Shown here: positions 16,092 through 22,993 of the stretch, piece after piece
Numbering within the stretch: position 1 is the first letter of the stretch
How the letters are laid out: the number at the start of each line of letters is the position of its first letter
Virus record (IMG/VR): IMGVR_UViG_3300037483_000650
Coordinates: 1-39,462 of that record
Source: a virus
Taxonomy: Duplodnaviria; Caudoviricetes
Strand: one strand, 5' to 3'
Length of the DNA: 39,462 nt
Notes under the pieces: generated by a model
The model's input: the letters and a program-made list of their open reading frames with translations, nothing else
Database searches by the model: none
What the model was told of the DNA's origin: nothing
Program-made: the position numbers and the translations under genes

Positions 16092-16523
16092 ATGAGGCGC
16101 TTGATGGTCAGCGCGGCGCTGGTGGTCGCGGGCTGCGCGCAGTCGATTTCCGAGTACGAGCCGGTGATCGATTCCGCCGGGGTGCCGGCCGATCGCTATC
16201 AGGCCGATCTCGCGCAGTGCCGGCAGATCGCCGACGCTGCGCAAAGGCGGCTTTTTACCGAGCGCAACGAGCAGATTTATCAGGAGGCCCTCGCCGGCGC
16301 CGCGGTGGGCGCCGTGATCGGGGCCGCCGCCGGGTCGCTCGGCGGCAACGCCGGACGGGGCGCGGCGATCGGCGCCGGCGTCGGCGCGGCGGCCGGGCCC
16401 GGCGATCCGGCCTACGACTATCAGGTGATCGTCGCGCAGCCGCGGCGGATCGTCGACCGGTGCATGGCCAACCGCGGCTACGCCGTGCTCAACGATTCCG
16501 GCGCGGCCACCGGCGCGTATTGA
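16092..16523 (+). CDS. Glycine-zipper lipoprotein
   Basis: Lipobox VVAG-C, YQADLAQC, GAAVGAVIGAAAG zipper and CMANRGY. RBS GGAGG. Confidence 0.85.
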   Translation: MRRLMVSAALVVAGCAQSISEYEPVIDSAGVPADRYQADLAQCRQIADAAQRRLFTERNEQIYQEALAGAAVGAVIGAAAGSLGGNAGRGAAIGAGVGAAAGPGDPAYDYQVIVAQPRRIVDRCMANRGYAVLNDSGAATGAY

Positions 16524-16621
16524 GACGACGCGGGCGACGGCCCGCGGGCGGCGGCCGATGTGGCGCAGGTTCCTGGTGTGAGCATTCATCAGTCGCGCCC
16601 CCCTCGAAAAGGACGGGGCGC

Positions 16622-16674
16622 AATATAGCGTTTGACGCTACGTTGGTGTCAAGCGAAAATAGCGCATGTCGCTA
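16622..16674 (-). promoter_or_regulatory. PL with two operators (16626-16640, 16660-16674)
   Basis: TTGACA-17 nt-GCTATA on the minus strand. Operators TAGCG-tttga-CGCTA and TAGCG-catgt-CGCTA. Confidence 0.85.
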
Positions 16675-16717
16675 TATTGAGAGAGCGGCCGATCTAATGA
16701 TCGATAAATTGGCGCGA

Positions 16718-17353
16718 CTATTGCTGGACAATCGCGGCCACGATGCGGCCGAAAATCGCGCCGTCATCAGGCCGTCCGGTGTAGCGTTCCGGTTGCTGCC
16801 ACGCCGGGCTGGTCGAGTCGGGCCACAGCCAGGCGTCGCCAGATTCGTCGAGGCGGTATTGGCGGGCGATATATTCGGAAAAGCCGCGCCGATTGGTGCG
16901 CCTGACGACATAGTTCTTGCCGTCCTCAAGCGCGTCCACCTCCGGGTCGAAGTCGACCCATACAAGCACGGTGCCGTGGGGGTAGGTACGGTTCATCGAG
17001 TTGCCGTGCAACTCGGCGGCATATTTGGGCGAGGTCTTCCAGCGGTCTGATACCGGCGCCGTGACCGCGTACCAGTCCTTTGCGTCCCACAGGAAGCTGG
17101 CCTCGGTCCAGATTTCATCCTCGAGGCGGGCCATGACCCACACCGTGGCATCGTGATCTTTAACGGGCAATAACATTGCGGGCTCACAATGTAGGATTTG
17201 GGCGATCTCCTCGAGGCGCTCGACGCGAAGGCCGCGCTTGGCATTTTCGATCTGATTGTAGCCGGTCAAGTGCAGGCCGAGCTTGGCGGCGACCTCGGAC
17301 TGTTTCAGTCCCCGCGCTTCGCGCAATTCCTTGATCCGATTCCGCATGTACAT
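16718..17353 (-). CDS. cI: CI-like repressor (XRE HTH plus S24-like domain)
   Basis: NRIKELREARGLKQSEVAAKLG HTH and HGNSMNRTYPHG. Divergent from a cro-like gene. Confidence 0.9.
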   Translation of the reverse strand: MYMRNRIKELREARGLKQSEVAAKLGLHLTGYNQIENAKRGLRVERLEEIAQILHCEPAMLLPVKDHDATVWVMARLEDEIWTEASFLWDAKDWYAVTAPVSDRWKTSPKYAAELHGNSMNRTYPHGTVLVWVDFDPEVDALEDGKNYVVRRTNRRGFSEYIARQYRLDESGDAWLWPDSTSPAWQQPERYTGRPDDGAIFGRIVAAIVQQ

Positions 17354-17382
17354 GGTATGCGGGCATTTCCGTGGTGGATAAA

Positions 17383-17433
17383 TAGCGCGCGACGCTCAAA
17401 TGCATTGACAGCTATATAGCGAATCGCGCTACA
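17383..17433 (+). promoter_or_regulatory. PR with two operators (17383-17397, 17417-17431)
   Basis: TTGACA at 17405, 17 nt, then GCTACA. Operators TAGCG-cgcga-CGCTC and TAGCG-aatcg-CGCTA. Confidence 0.85.
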
Positions 17434-17442
17434 CGCGTCGCC

Positions 17443-17691
17443 ATGAAATTTCGGGACTGGCGATTGGGCTGTAAACTGACGCGGGCCGCCTGCGCCCGCG
17501 CGCTCGGCATCGAGGGCCGCAACCCCTCTCGAACCATGCAGCGGATCGAGACCGGCGAGACGCGGGCCGACGCGCCTATCGTCGAGAAAATCCGCGCGCT
17601 TACCGGTGGCATGGTCACCGCCGAGGACATGCACCAACAGCGTCTCGCCTGGCTGACCGAGGAGGTTGACGCCCCCGAGGCCGCCGAATGA
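17443..17691 (+). CDS. cro: Cro-like HTH regulator
   Basis: MKFRDWR...RIETGE...KIRALTGGMVTAEDM. Divergent from cI. Confidence 0.85.
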   Translation: MKFRDWRLGCKLTRAACARALGIEGRNPSRTMQRIETGETRADAPIVEKIRALTGGMVTAEDMHQQRLAWLTEEVDAPEAAE

Positions 17692-17888
17692 GCGTCACGC
17701 CCCGCCCGCCGCGCCGCCGCGTCCCGCTCGCCAGCCGGGCCGAGGCCGCCGCCGCCTCTCCGGCACCCGACACCCGACACCTGACACCTGAACCCCACCC
17801 CTTCATTCCGATGCGGTCGGGCCGGGTCTGGGACCTCGTCGAGCCAGACCCGGCGGCGATCCACTGGCCGGACCTGGGGGAGCAATGA
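17688..17888 (+). CDS. Short ORF ending in a duplicated 5' piece of the HD hydrolase gene (probable remnant)
   Basis: Its C-terminal half, PEPHPFIPMRSGRVWDLVEPDPAAIHWPD, equals the N-terminus of 19398-20033. Confidence 0.5.
   Translation: MSVTPRPPRRRVPLASRAEAAAASPAPDTRHLTPEPHPFIPMRSGRVWDLVEPDPAAIHWPDLGEQ
17762..17789 (+). repeat. Heptamer array 2 (4 units)
   Basis: GGCACCC GACACCC GACACCT GACACCT. Confidence 0.85.
17764..17873 (+). repeat. 110-bp direct repeat, copy 1
   Basis: Matches 19402-19511 with 3 mismatches (17782, 17784, 17846). Confidence 0.9.
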
Positions 17889-17895
17889 TGGAACG

Positions 17896-18040
17896 CCACG
17901 CGAAACCGTGGAGGGCCGGGCCGGAAAGGGACCCCCAAGGGCCGGCCCGGCCCGATGAAGCGGGAGTAGGGCTGTCGGTGGCCGCGGCACCGACTGCAAC
18001 GTCTGAGATGATGGACGCGACAGCCGGGAGAGACCGGCAC
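17896..18040 (+). ncRNA. Putative structured RNA element
   Basis: Consecutive stems at 17896-17911, 17913-17953 (12 bp), 17974-17994, 18000-18017 and 18023-18038. Confidence 0.5.
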
Positions 18041-18057
18041 CCGCCACCCGACCCTTT

Positions 18058-18085
18058 GACACCTGATACCCGGCACCTGATACCT
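18058..18085 (+). repeat. Heptamer array 3 (4 units, with degenerate units upstream)
   Basis: GACACCT GATACCC GGCACCT GATACCT. Confidence 0.85.
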
Positions 18086-18172
18086 GATCGCCATCCCGAC
18101 TACCGCCGGCGCGCGCTGTTCGGGCTCGCCCGATCCGGCGCCGGCGATCCGGATCAGCCGGGTGTCGCGGCC

Positions 18173-18682
18173 ATGAAGGCGTTGTCGCTGTGGCAGCCGT
18201 GGGCGTCCTTATGGCTCACCCCGGCCAAGCGCCACGAGACCCGCGGCTGGCGGTGCTGGCACCGGGGCGAGCTGGTGGTCCACGCGGCGCGCCGGATCGA
18301 GCGCGATGTCGGGCCCGAGCTCGCCGCGATCTGCGACGGCCTGTTCGGCCCCGGCTGGGGCGCGCGGCTGCCGGTCGGGGCGCTCGTCGGCATCGTCCAT
18401 GTCACCTCGTGCCGCCCGGCCGAGGCGGTCCATCCGCCGGACGGCGTGATCGCCGGGGCCGACATCGCCGATTTCACTTGCGGAGATTTCTCGCCCGGGC
18501 GCTGGGCGATCGGGCGCGGCCGGGCGCTGGCGTTCCCCGGGCCGGTCGCGTGGCGCGGCGAGCGCGGGCTGTTCGAGGTCCCGGACGCTGTGATCGACCG
18601 GGCGCTGTGGCACGGCGCCGGCGAGGCAAGCGAGACCGGCGAGGCCGATGTGGCTGCCGGCGATCAGAGGAGGCTGCTGTGA
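18173..18682 (+). CDS. ASCH domain protein
   Basis: MKALSLWQPWASL...KRHETRGW...RGELVVHAA...GALVGIV...RGERGLF. Confidence 0.85.
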   Translation: MKALSLWQPWASLWLTPAKRHETRGWRCWHRGELVVHAARRIERDVGPELAAICDGLFGPGWGARLPVGALVGIVHVTSCRPAEAVHPPDGVIAGADIADFTCGDFSPGRWAIGRGRALAFPGPVAWRGERGLFEVPDAVIDRALWHGAGEASETGEADVAAGDQRRLL

Positions 18683-19401
18683 GCGGGACGGTCGGAAAGG
18701 GAACCGACGCGGGCCGGCGCCTCGCCAGTTTCGTCGAGCGGATCGAGCGCATCCGCGAGGACAGGAAGGCGCTCGCCGCCGATGAAAAGGTCGTGTTCGC
18801 GGAGCTGCGCCAGTCTGGCTTCGAGCCGCGCGTCGTGCGCGCGGTGGTCAAATTCCGCGCGAGCGAGAAAGCCGAGCGCGAGGAGTTCGAGGCGCTGCTC
18901 GCGACCTATCTCCACGCGCTCGGCATGGCCGAGGAGCCGCCGCTGTTCCGCCACTTCGGGCTGATGACCACCGACCGGCTGACCCGCGAGGGCGCGCTGG
19001 CGGCGCTCGGGGCGGTGCTGCCCGAGCACGGCGAGATCATCCTCAGGTCGGGTCCGGGCGCGGCCGTGCGGCTCCGTCGCGGCGCCGACGGCGAGCCGGT
19101 GATCGAGGACTGGCACGAGGCGATTGGAATCGCGGTCGACGAGGAGGCCGGACGGGCCAGTCGGTCGGCGCCGGCCCGCTCCACCGAGGCCGGCGAGGGC
19201 CCGGCGCGGGCCGACACCCGCAAGCAGGCGCTCAGCAAGGGCCGGGCGGCCGGGCGGTCCGGGGCGGCGGCGATGAACCCCTATCCGGCCCGGTCGGAGA
19301 ATCACCTGGCCTGGCAGGAGGGATGGCGCAAGGGCGACGCCGAACCGCGCGCGCCGGCGCCGGCCGCGGCCGGCCGAGGCGAAAGCGGGGTGACGCCATG
19401 A
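18679..19401 (+). CDS. GapR-like (DUF2312) DNA-binding protein with a C-terminal Rmf-like motif
   Basis: LASFVERIERIREDRKALAADEKVVFAELRQSGFEPRVVRAVVKFR...YLHALGM. C-terminal KGRAAGRSG...NPY...AWQEGWRKG. Confidence 0.8.
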   Translation: MSGTVGKGTDAGRRLASFVERIERIREDRKALAADEKVVFAELRQSGFEPRVVRAVVKFRASEKAEREEFEALLATYLHALGMAEEPPLFRHFGLMTTDRLTREGALAALGAVLPEHGEIILRSGPGAAVRLRRGADGEPVIEDWHEAIGIAVDEEAGRASRSAPARSTEAGEGPARADTRKQALSKGRAAGRSGAAAMNPYPARSENHLAWQEGWRKGDAEPRAPAPAAAGRGESGVTP

Positions 19402-20033
19402 CACCCGACACCCGACACCCGGCACCTGAACCCCACCCCTTCATTCCGATGCGGTCGGGCCGGGTCTGGGACCTCGTCGAGCCCGACCCGGCGGCGATCC
19501 ACTGGCCGGACGTGGCCTGGAAGCTCGCCGGCATCGCCCGCTTCAACGGCGAGCCCGAGCCGGCCTATTCGGTCGCCCAGCACTCGCTGGACGTCGCCGG
19601 GATGGTGCCCGGCCGGGCGCGGCTCCACGCGCTGATCCACGACGCCCACGAGGCGGCGATCGGCGACATCGTGACCCCGGTCAAGCAGGCGCTCGCCCGG
19701 TACGGCGGCGGCGCCGCGCTCGCCTGGCTCGACGCGCTCCACGCCCGCGCGGTTCACCTCGCCGCCGGCGCCGAATGGCCGGTGCCGGACGACATCGCCG
19801 CCGAGATCGCCGAGGCCGACATGATGGCGATGCGGGCCGAGCGCCGCGACCTGATGCCGCCGTGCGAGATCGCCTGGGGCCGGCCCGAGCCCGGCGAAAC
19901 CGTCCCGGCCCAGCATCTGGCGGCGATGGAGCGGGGCCTCGCGGCCCGGGTCTGGCTCGAGGCGGTGCGGGCCTGGATGGCGGCGCCGGCCATGGCGTCG
20001 GAACCGGCGTGGTTCGGCGAGGAGGGCGGGTGA
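19398..20033 (+). CDS. HD-domain hydrolase (YfbR-like 5'-deoxynucleotidase family)
   Basis: ARFNG...YSVAQHS...ALIHDAHEAAIGDIVTPVK...AD...ERRDL. Confidence 0.9.
   Translation: MTPDTRHPAPEPHPFIPMRSGRVWDLVEPDPAAIHWPDVAWKLAGIARFNGEPEPAYSVAQHSLDVAGMVPGRARLHALIHDAHEAAIGDIVTPVKQALARYGGGAALAWLDALHARAVHLAAGAEWPVPDDIAAEIAEADMMAMRAERRDLMPPCEIAWGRPEPGETVPAQHLAAMERGLAARVWLEAVRAWMAAPAMASEPAWFGEEGG
19400..19427 (+). repeat. Heptamer array 4 (4 units) at the start of repeat copy 2 (19402-19511)
   Basis: GACACCC GACACCC GACACCC GGCACCT. Confidence 0.85.
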
Positions 20034-20455
20034 TGAGAATCTATGTGGCTTCGAGCTGGCGCAACCGGCACCAGCCCTCGGTGGTGAATCTCCTGCGCTC
20101 GGAAGGTCACGATGTCTATGACTTTCGCAATCCGCCGCACGAATCGGGAGGATTTCACTGGTCTGACATCGATCCCAACTGGGAGACATGGTCGGCGGAG
20201 CAGTATCGCGCTCATCTCATTGGGTCGAGGATAGCGGCGGCCGGCTTCATGTCCGACTTCCGCGCCATGCACTGGGCCGACGCCTGCGTGCTGGTGATGC
20301 CATGCGGCCGCTCGGCGCACCTCGAGCTCGGGTGGGCGGCGGGACGCGGCAAACGGACGTTAGTGCTGCTCGACGGCGGCGAACCGGAACTCATGAATCT
20401 CATGGTCGATCACATTTGCCTGTCGATCAATGAGGTCGTCGAGGCGCTGCGATGA
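20033..20455 (+). CDS. Nucleoside 2-deoxyribosyltransferase-like protein
   Basis: RIYVASSWRN...D...ADACVLVMPCGRSAHLELGWAAGRGK fits the NDT/DNPH1 fold pattern with a conserved Glu. Confidence 0.75.
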   Translation: MRIYVASSWRNRHQPSVVNLLRSEGHDVYDFRNPPHESGGFHWSDIDPNWETWSAEQYRAHLIGSRIAAAGFMSDFRAMHWADACVLVMPCGRSAHLELGWAAGRGKRTLVLLDGGEPELMNLMVDHICLSINEVVEALR

Positions 20456-22128
20456 GCGCGGCGGCCACCGGAGCCCGGATCAGGGCGCTCAGGGAGGCGG
20501 CCGGCCTCGGCCAGCGCGAGCTCGCCGCCATTCTCGGCGCCGGGGTCGACCAGCCGTGGGTGTCGAAATGGGAGAGCGGCGCCCGCGCCCCGGGCCCGGA
20601 CATGCTGGCGCGGCTGGCGGCGGCGCTCGGAACCACGGTCGACGATCTGATGGGGCTCGGCCAGCCGGCGGCGATGCCGGCCGTGGCGGCGGCGGTCCCG
20701 TTCCATGCGCTGGCGAATCTGTTTCCGCTGATGGGCGCGGCCGAGTTCGAGGGCCTCCTCGCCGACATGCGTGACAACGGGTTTCGCGGCGGCGAGGAGA
20801 TCGTGGTCCACGAGGGGGCGATCCTCGACGGCCGCAACCGCTATCTGGCGGCGATCTCGGCCGGGATCATCTCCCCGGGCGACGGGCTGTGGATGACGGG
20901 CGGGCGGACGCTCAGGGATCATTTCCGCGAGTTTGGCTCCGAGCGGGGCGAGGGTGATTTCGTCGATGGCGAATGGCGGACCACGGACGGCGAGCTCCTG
21001 GACTTCGTCCTCGCCCGCAACCTCAACCGGCGCCACCTCACGGCCTCGCAGCGGGCGATGATCGCGGCCGGGATCGCGCGGCTGCCGCGCGGCCGGCCGG
21101 CCAGGGCGGCGTCCCCCGCGCCCGGCGGGGAGAAACAGGGCGAGCAGGCCGGTGGCTCCGAAAATAGGCCAGATGGCCTGATTTCGCTGCCGGCCGCCGC
21201 CGCGGCGCTCAATGTCGGCGAGCGGACCGTCAAGCGCGCCCGCCAGGTCGAAGAGGCCGGAGTGCCCGAGCTCGCCGAGGCGGTGCGGCGCGGCGCGGTG
21301 ACGGTGGCGACCGCCGAGACCATCGCCGCACTCCCGGCAGACGAGCAGCGGCGGCTGATCGAGGGCGCCGATCCGAAGGTGCTGGCCGGGGTGGTGCGGA
21401 GCCGGCGGGCGGAGAAGCAGGCGCTCAAGGCCGCGGGGCGCCAGACCCGCGAGGCAGCACTCGCGGCCAAGATTTGCGCCCTGCCGGACAAGGTCTATGG
21501 CGTGGTCTACGCCGACCCGCCATGGCGGTTCGAGCCGCGCTCGCGCGAGACCGGCATGGACCGGGCCGCCGACAACCACTATCCGACCATGGCGCTCGGC
21601 GACATCCAGGCGCTGGGTGTGGGTTCGCTCGCCGCGCCGGGGTGCGCGCTGTTCCTGTGGGCGACGGCGCCGATGTTGCTCGAAGCCATCGCGACGATGA
21701 CGTGCTGGGGATTCGAATACCGCTCGCATTGCGTGTGGCGCAAAGCCGAACTCTCGGCGTCCATCTCGTCCGATCCCATGCGGGTCGCGCGCGGCCAATC
21801 GACCAGCGCCCTCGTGCTCGGCACCGGCTATTGGTTCCGCTCGGGCCACGAGATTCTGCTCTTGGGCACTCGCGGCCATGTGCCGGCGCCGGCCATGGGC
21901 GACCAGTGGCCGAGCGTGATCGACGCGCCGCCCTCGCGCCATTCCGAGAAACCTGGAGTCTTCGCCGAGCTGATCGAAGACTATTTCCCGACCCTGCCAA
22001 GAATAGAGCTGTTCGCCCGCCGCGCCCGGCCGGGCTGGGACGCGTGGGGCAACCAGGTGTCAGGTGTCGGGTGTCAGGTGTCGGAAGGCGGGGTGGCCGA
22101 GGGCCCGGAGGCGGGGCGCCCGTCATGA
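20452..22128 (+). CDS. XRE-HTH + ParB-like + MT-A70 N6-adenine methyltransferase fusion
   Basis: N-terminal HTH (VSKWESG), then ILDGRNRY...NLNRRHLTASQRA, then YADPPW, LFLWAT, HEILLLG, HSEKP and RIELFAR...WGNQ. Confidence 0.9.
   Translation: MSAAATGARIRALREAAGLGQRELAAILGAGVDQPWVSKWESGARAPGPDMLARLAAALGTTVDDLMGLGQPAAMPAVAAAVPFHALANLFPLMGAAEFEGLLADMRDNGFRGGEEIVVHEGAILDGRNRYLAAISAGIISPGDGLWMTGGRTLRDHFREFGSERGEGDFVDGEWRTTDGELLDFVLARNLNRRHLTASQRAMIAAGIARLPRGRPARAASPAPGGEKQGEQAGGSENRPDGLISLPAAAAALNVGERTVKRARQVEEAGVPELAEAVRRGAVTVATAETIAALPADEQRRLIEGADPKVLAGVVRSRRAEKQALKAAGRQTREAALAAKICALPDKVYGVVYADPPWRFEPRSRETGMDRAADNHYPTMALGDIQALGVGSLAAPGCALFLWATAPMLLEAIATMTCWGFEYRSHCVWRKAELSASISSDPMRVARGQSTSALVLGTGYWFRSGHEILLLGTRGHVPAPAMGDQWPSVIDAPPSRHSEKPGVFAELIEDYFPTLPRIELFARRARPGWDAWGNQVSGVGCQVSEGGVAEGPEAGRPS
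22055..22082 (-). repeat. Heptamer array 5 (4 units, inverted relative to arrays 2-4)
   Basis: Plus strand reads AGGTGTC AGGTGTC GGGTGTC AGGTGTC. Confidence 0.85.
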
Positions 22129-22670
22129 GCCGGGTCGTTCCCAGCGCCGACGATGCCGCCAGGGCGATCATCGTCGCGGCGCGGCTCGCCGGCGAGGACC
22201 CGTTCGAGATGGCGCGGCGGCGCTATGCGATGACGGGCCGGCCCTACGCCTATGCCGGGCTCGCCATCGGCCTCGGCGAGGCGGCATGCAAGGCCGCGTG
22301 CGCCCGCGCCGTTGGCTATCAGGGCGGCGCCAATGCCGGCGCGGCGGCGGCGAAGTCGCTGAGGGTCGCCATGGCGCGCGCGACCTTCGACGATGGCTGG
22401 CTGGACGAGATCGCCGGCGCCGTCGGCGCCGGGCGGATGGCGGCCGAAGCCCTCGCCGGGGCCCGCCAGGCCGGGGCGAGCGATCGTGAGCTGATCCAGG
22501 CCGCGATCGATGCCGGCAATGTGACGAGATGCCCGCCGATGCCGGCCTACGGCGTCGCGGCGACGGCGATGGAGCGCCGGTTCGGCGCGGCGCCGCCCCC
22601 CGATCCGTTCGCCGGCCGGCATTGGCGCGATGGTCGCGGCGCGCGGCCGGCGTCCGGGGAGCGGGGCTGA
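22125..22670 (+). CDS. Hypothetical protein (181 aa)
   Basis: ATGA and TGATG coupling. MSRVVPSADDAARAIIVAARLAGEDP, with a C-terminal GNVTRCPP motif. Confidence 0.65.
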   Translation: MSRVVPSADDAARAIIVAARLAGEDPFEMARRRYAMTGRPYAYAGLAIGLGEAACKAACARAVGYQGGANAGAAAAKSLRVAMARATFDDGWLDEIAGAVGAGRMAAEALAGARQAGASDRELIQAAIDAGNVTRCPPMPAYGVAATAMERRFGAAPPPDPFAGRHWRDGRGARPASGERG

Positions 22671-22993
22671 TGGCGCTCGCCAAGCCGACCCTCGGCTATC
22701 CCTCGCGCACCGCCGCGGTGGTCGCGCTCACCGGCGAGGGGCTGTCGACGCGCGAGGTGGCGGCGCGGATCGGGATTCCGGTCGAAGCCGTTGCCGCGCT
22801 CAGATCGTCCGCGCGGCGGCGGCTGATTTCCGGCGATCAGCGCGGGCCGTCGATTCCGCGCGATATCCTCGCCGAGCTCGCCCCAGCGGCGGCGGCGCGC
22901 GGGATGGCTGCCGGGGACCTCGCGTGCCGGCTCCTGTCGGTGATCGTCGCCGAGGATCTGGTGGACGCGGTCCTCGACGAGAGGGCGGCATGA
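22670..22993 (+). CDS. HTH DNA-binding protein
   Basis: KPTLGYPSRTAAVVAL...STREVAARIG...LVDAVLDE. Confidence 0.75.
   Translation: MALAKPTLGYPSRTAAVVALTGEGLSTREVAARIGIPVEAVAALRSSARRRLISGDQRGPSIPRDILAELAPAAAARGMAAGDLACRLLSVIVAEDLVDAVLDERAA

Noticed and set aside
17764-19511. 110-bp near-identical pair as a DGR template/variable repeat
   Set aside because: No reverse transcriptase or Avd gene is present, one of the three mismatches is T/C, and the copy lies at a gene 5' end rather than in a C-terminal variable region.
19398-20455. 2-aminoadenine (dZ) or other base-substitution pathway
   Set aside because: No PurZ, MazZ or phage DNA polymerase is present. An HD enzyme alone is insufficient evidence.
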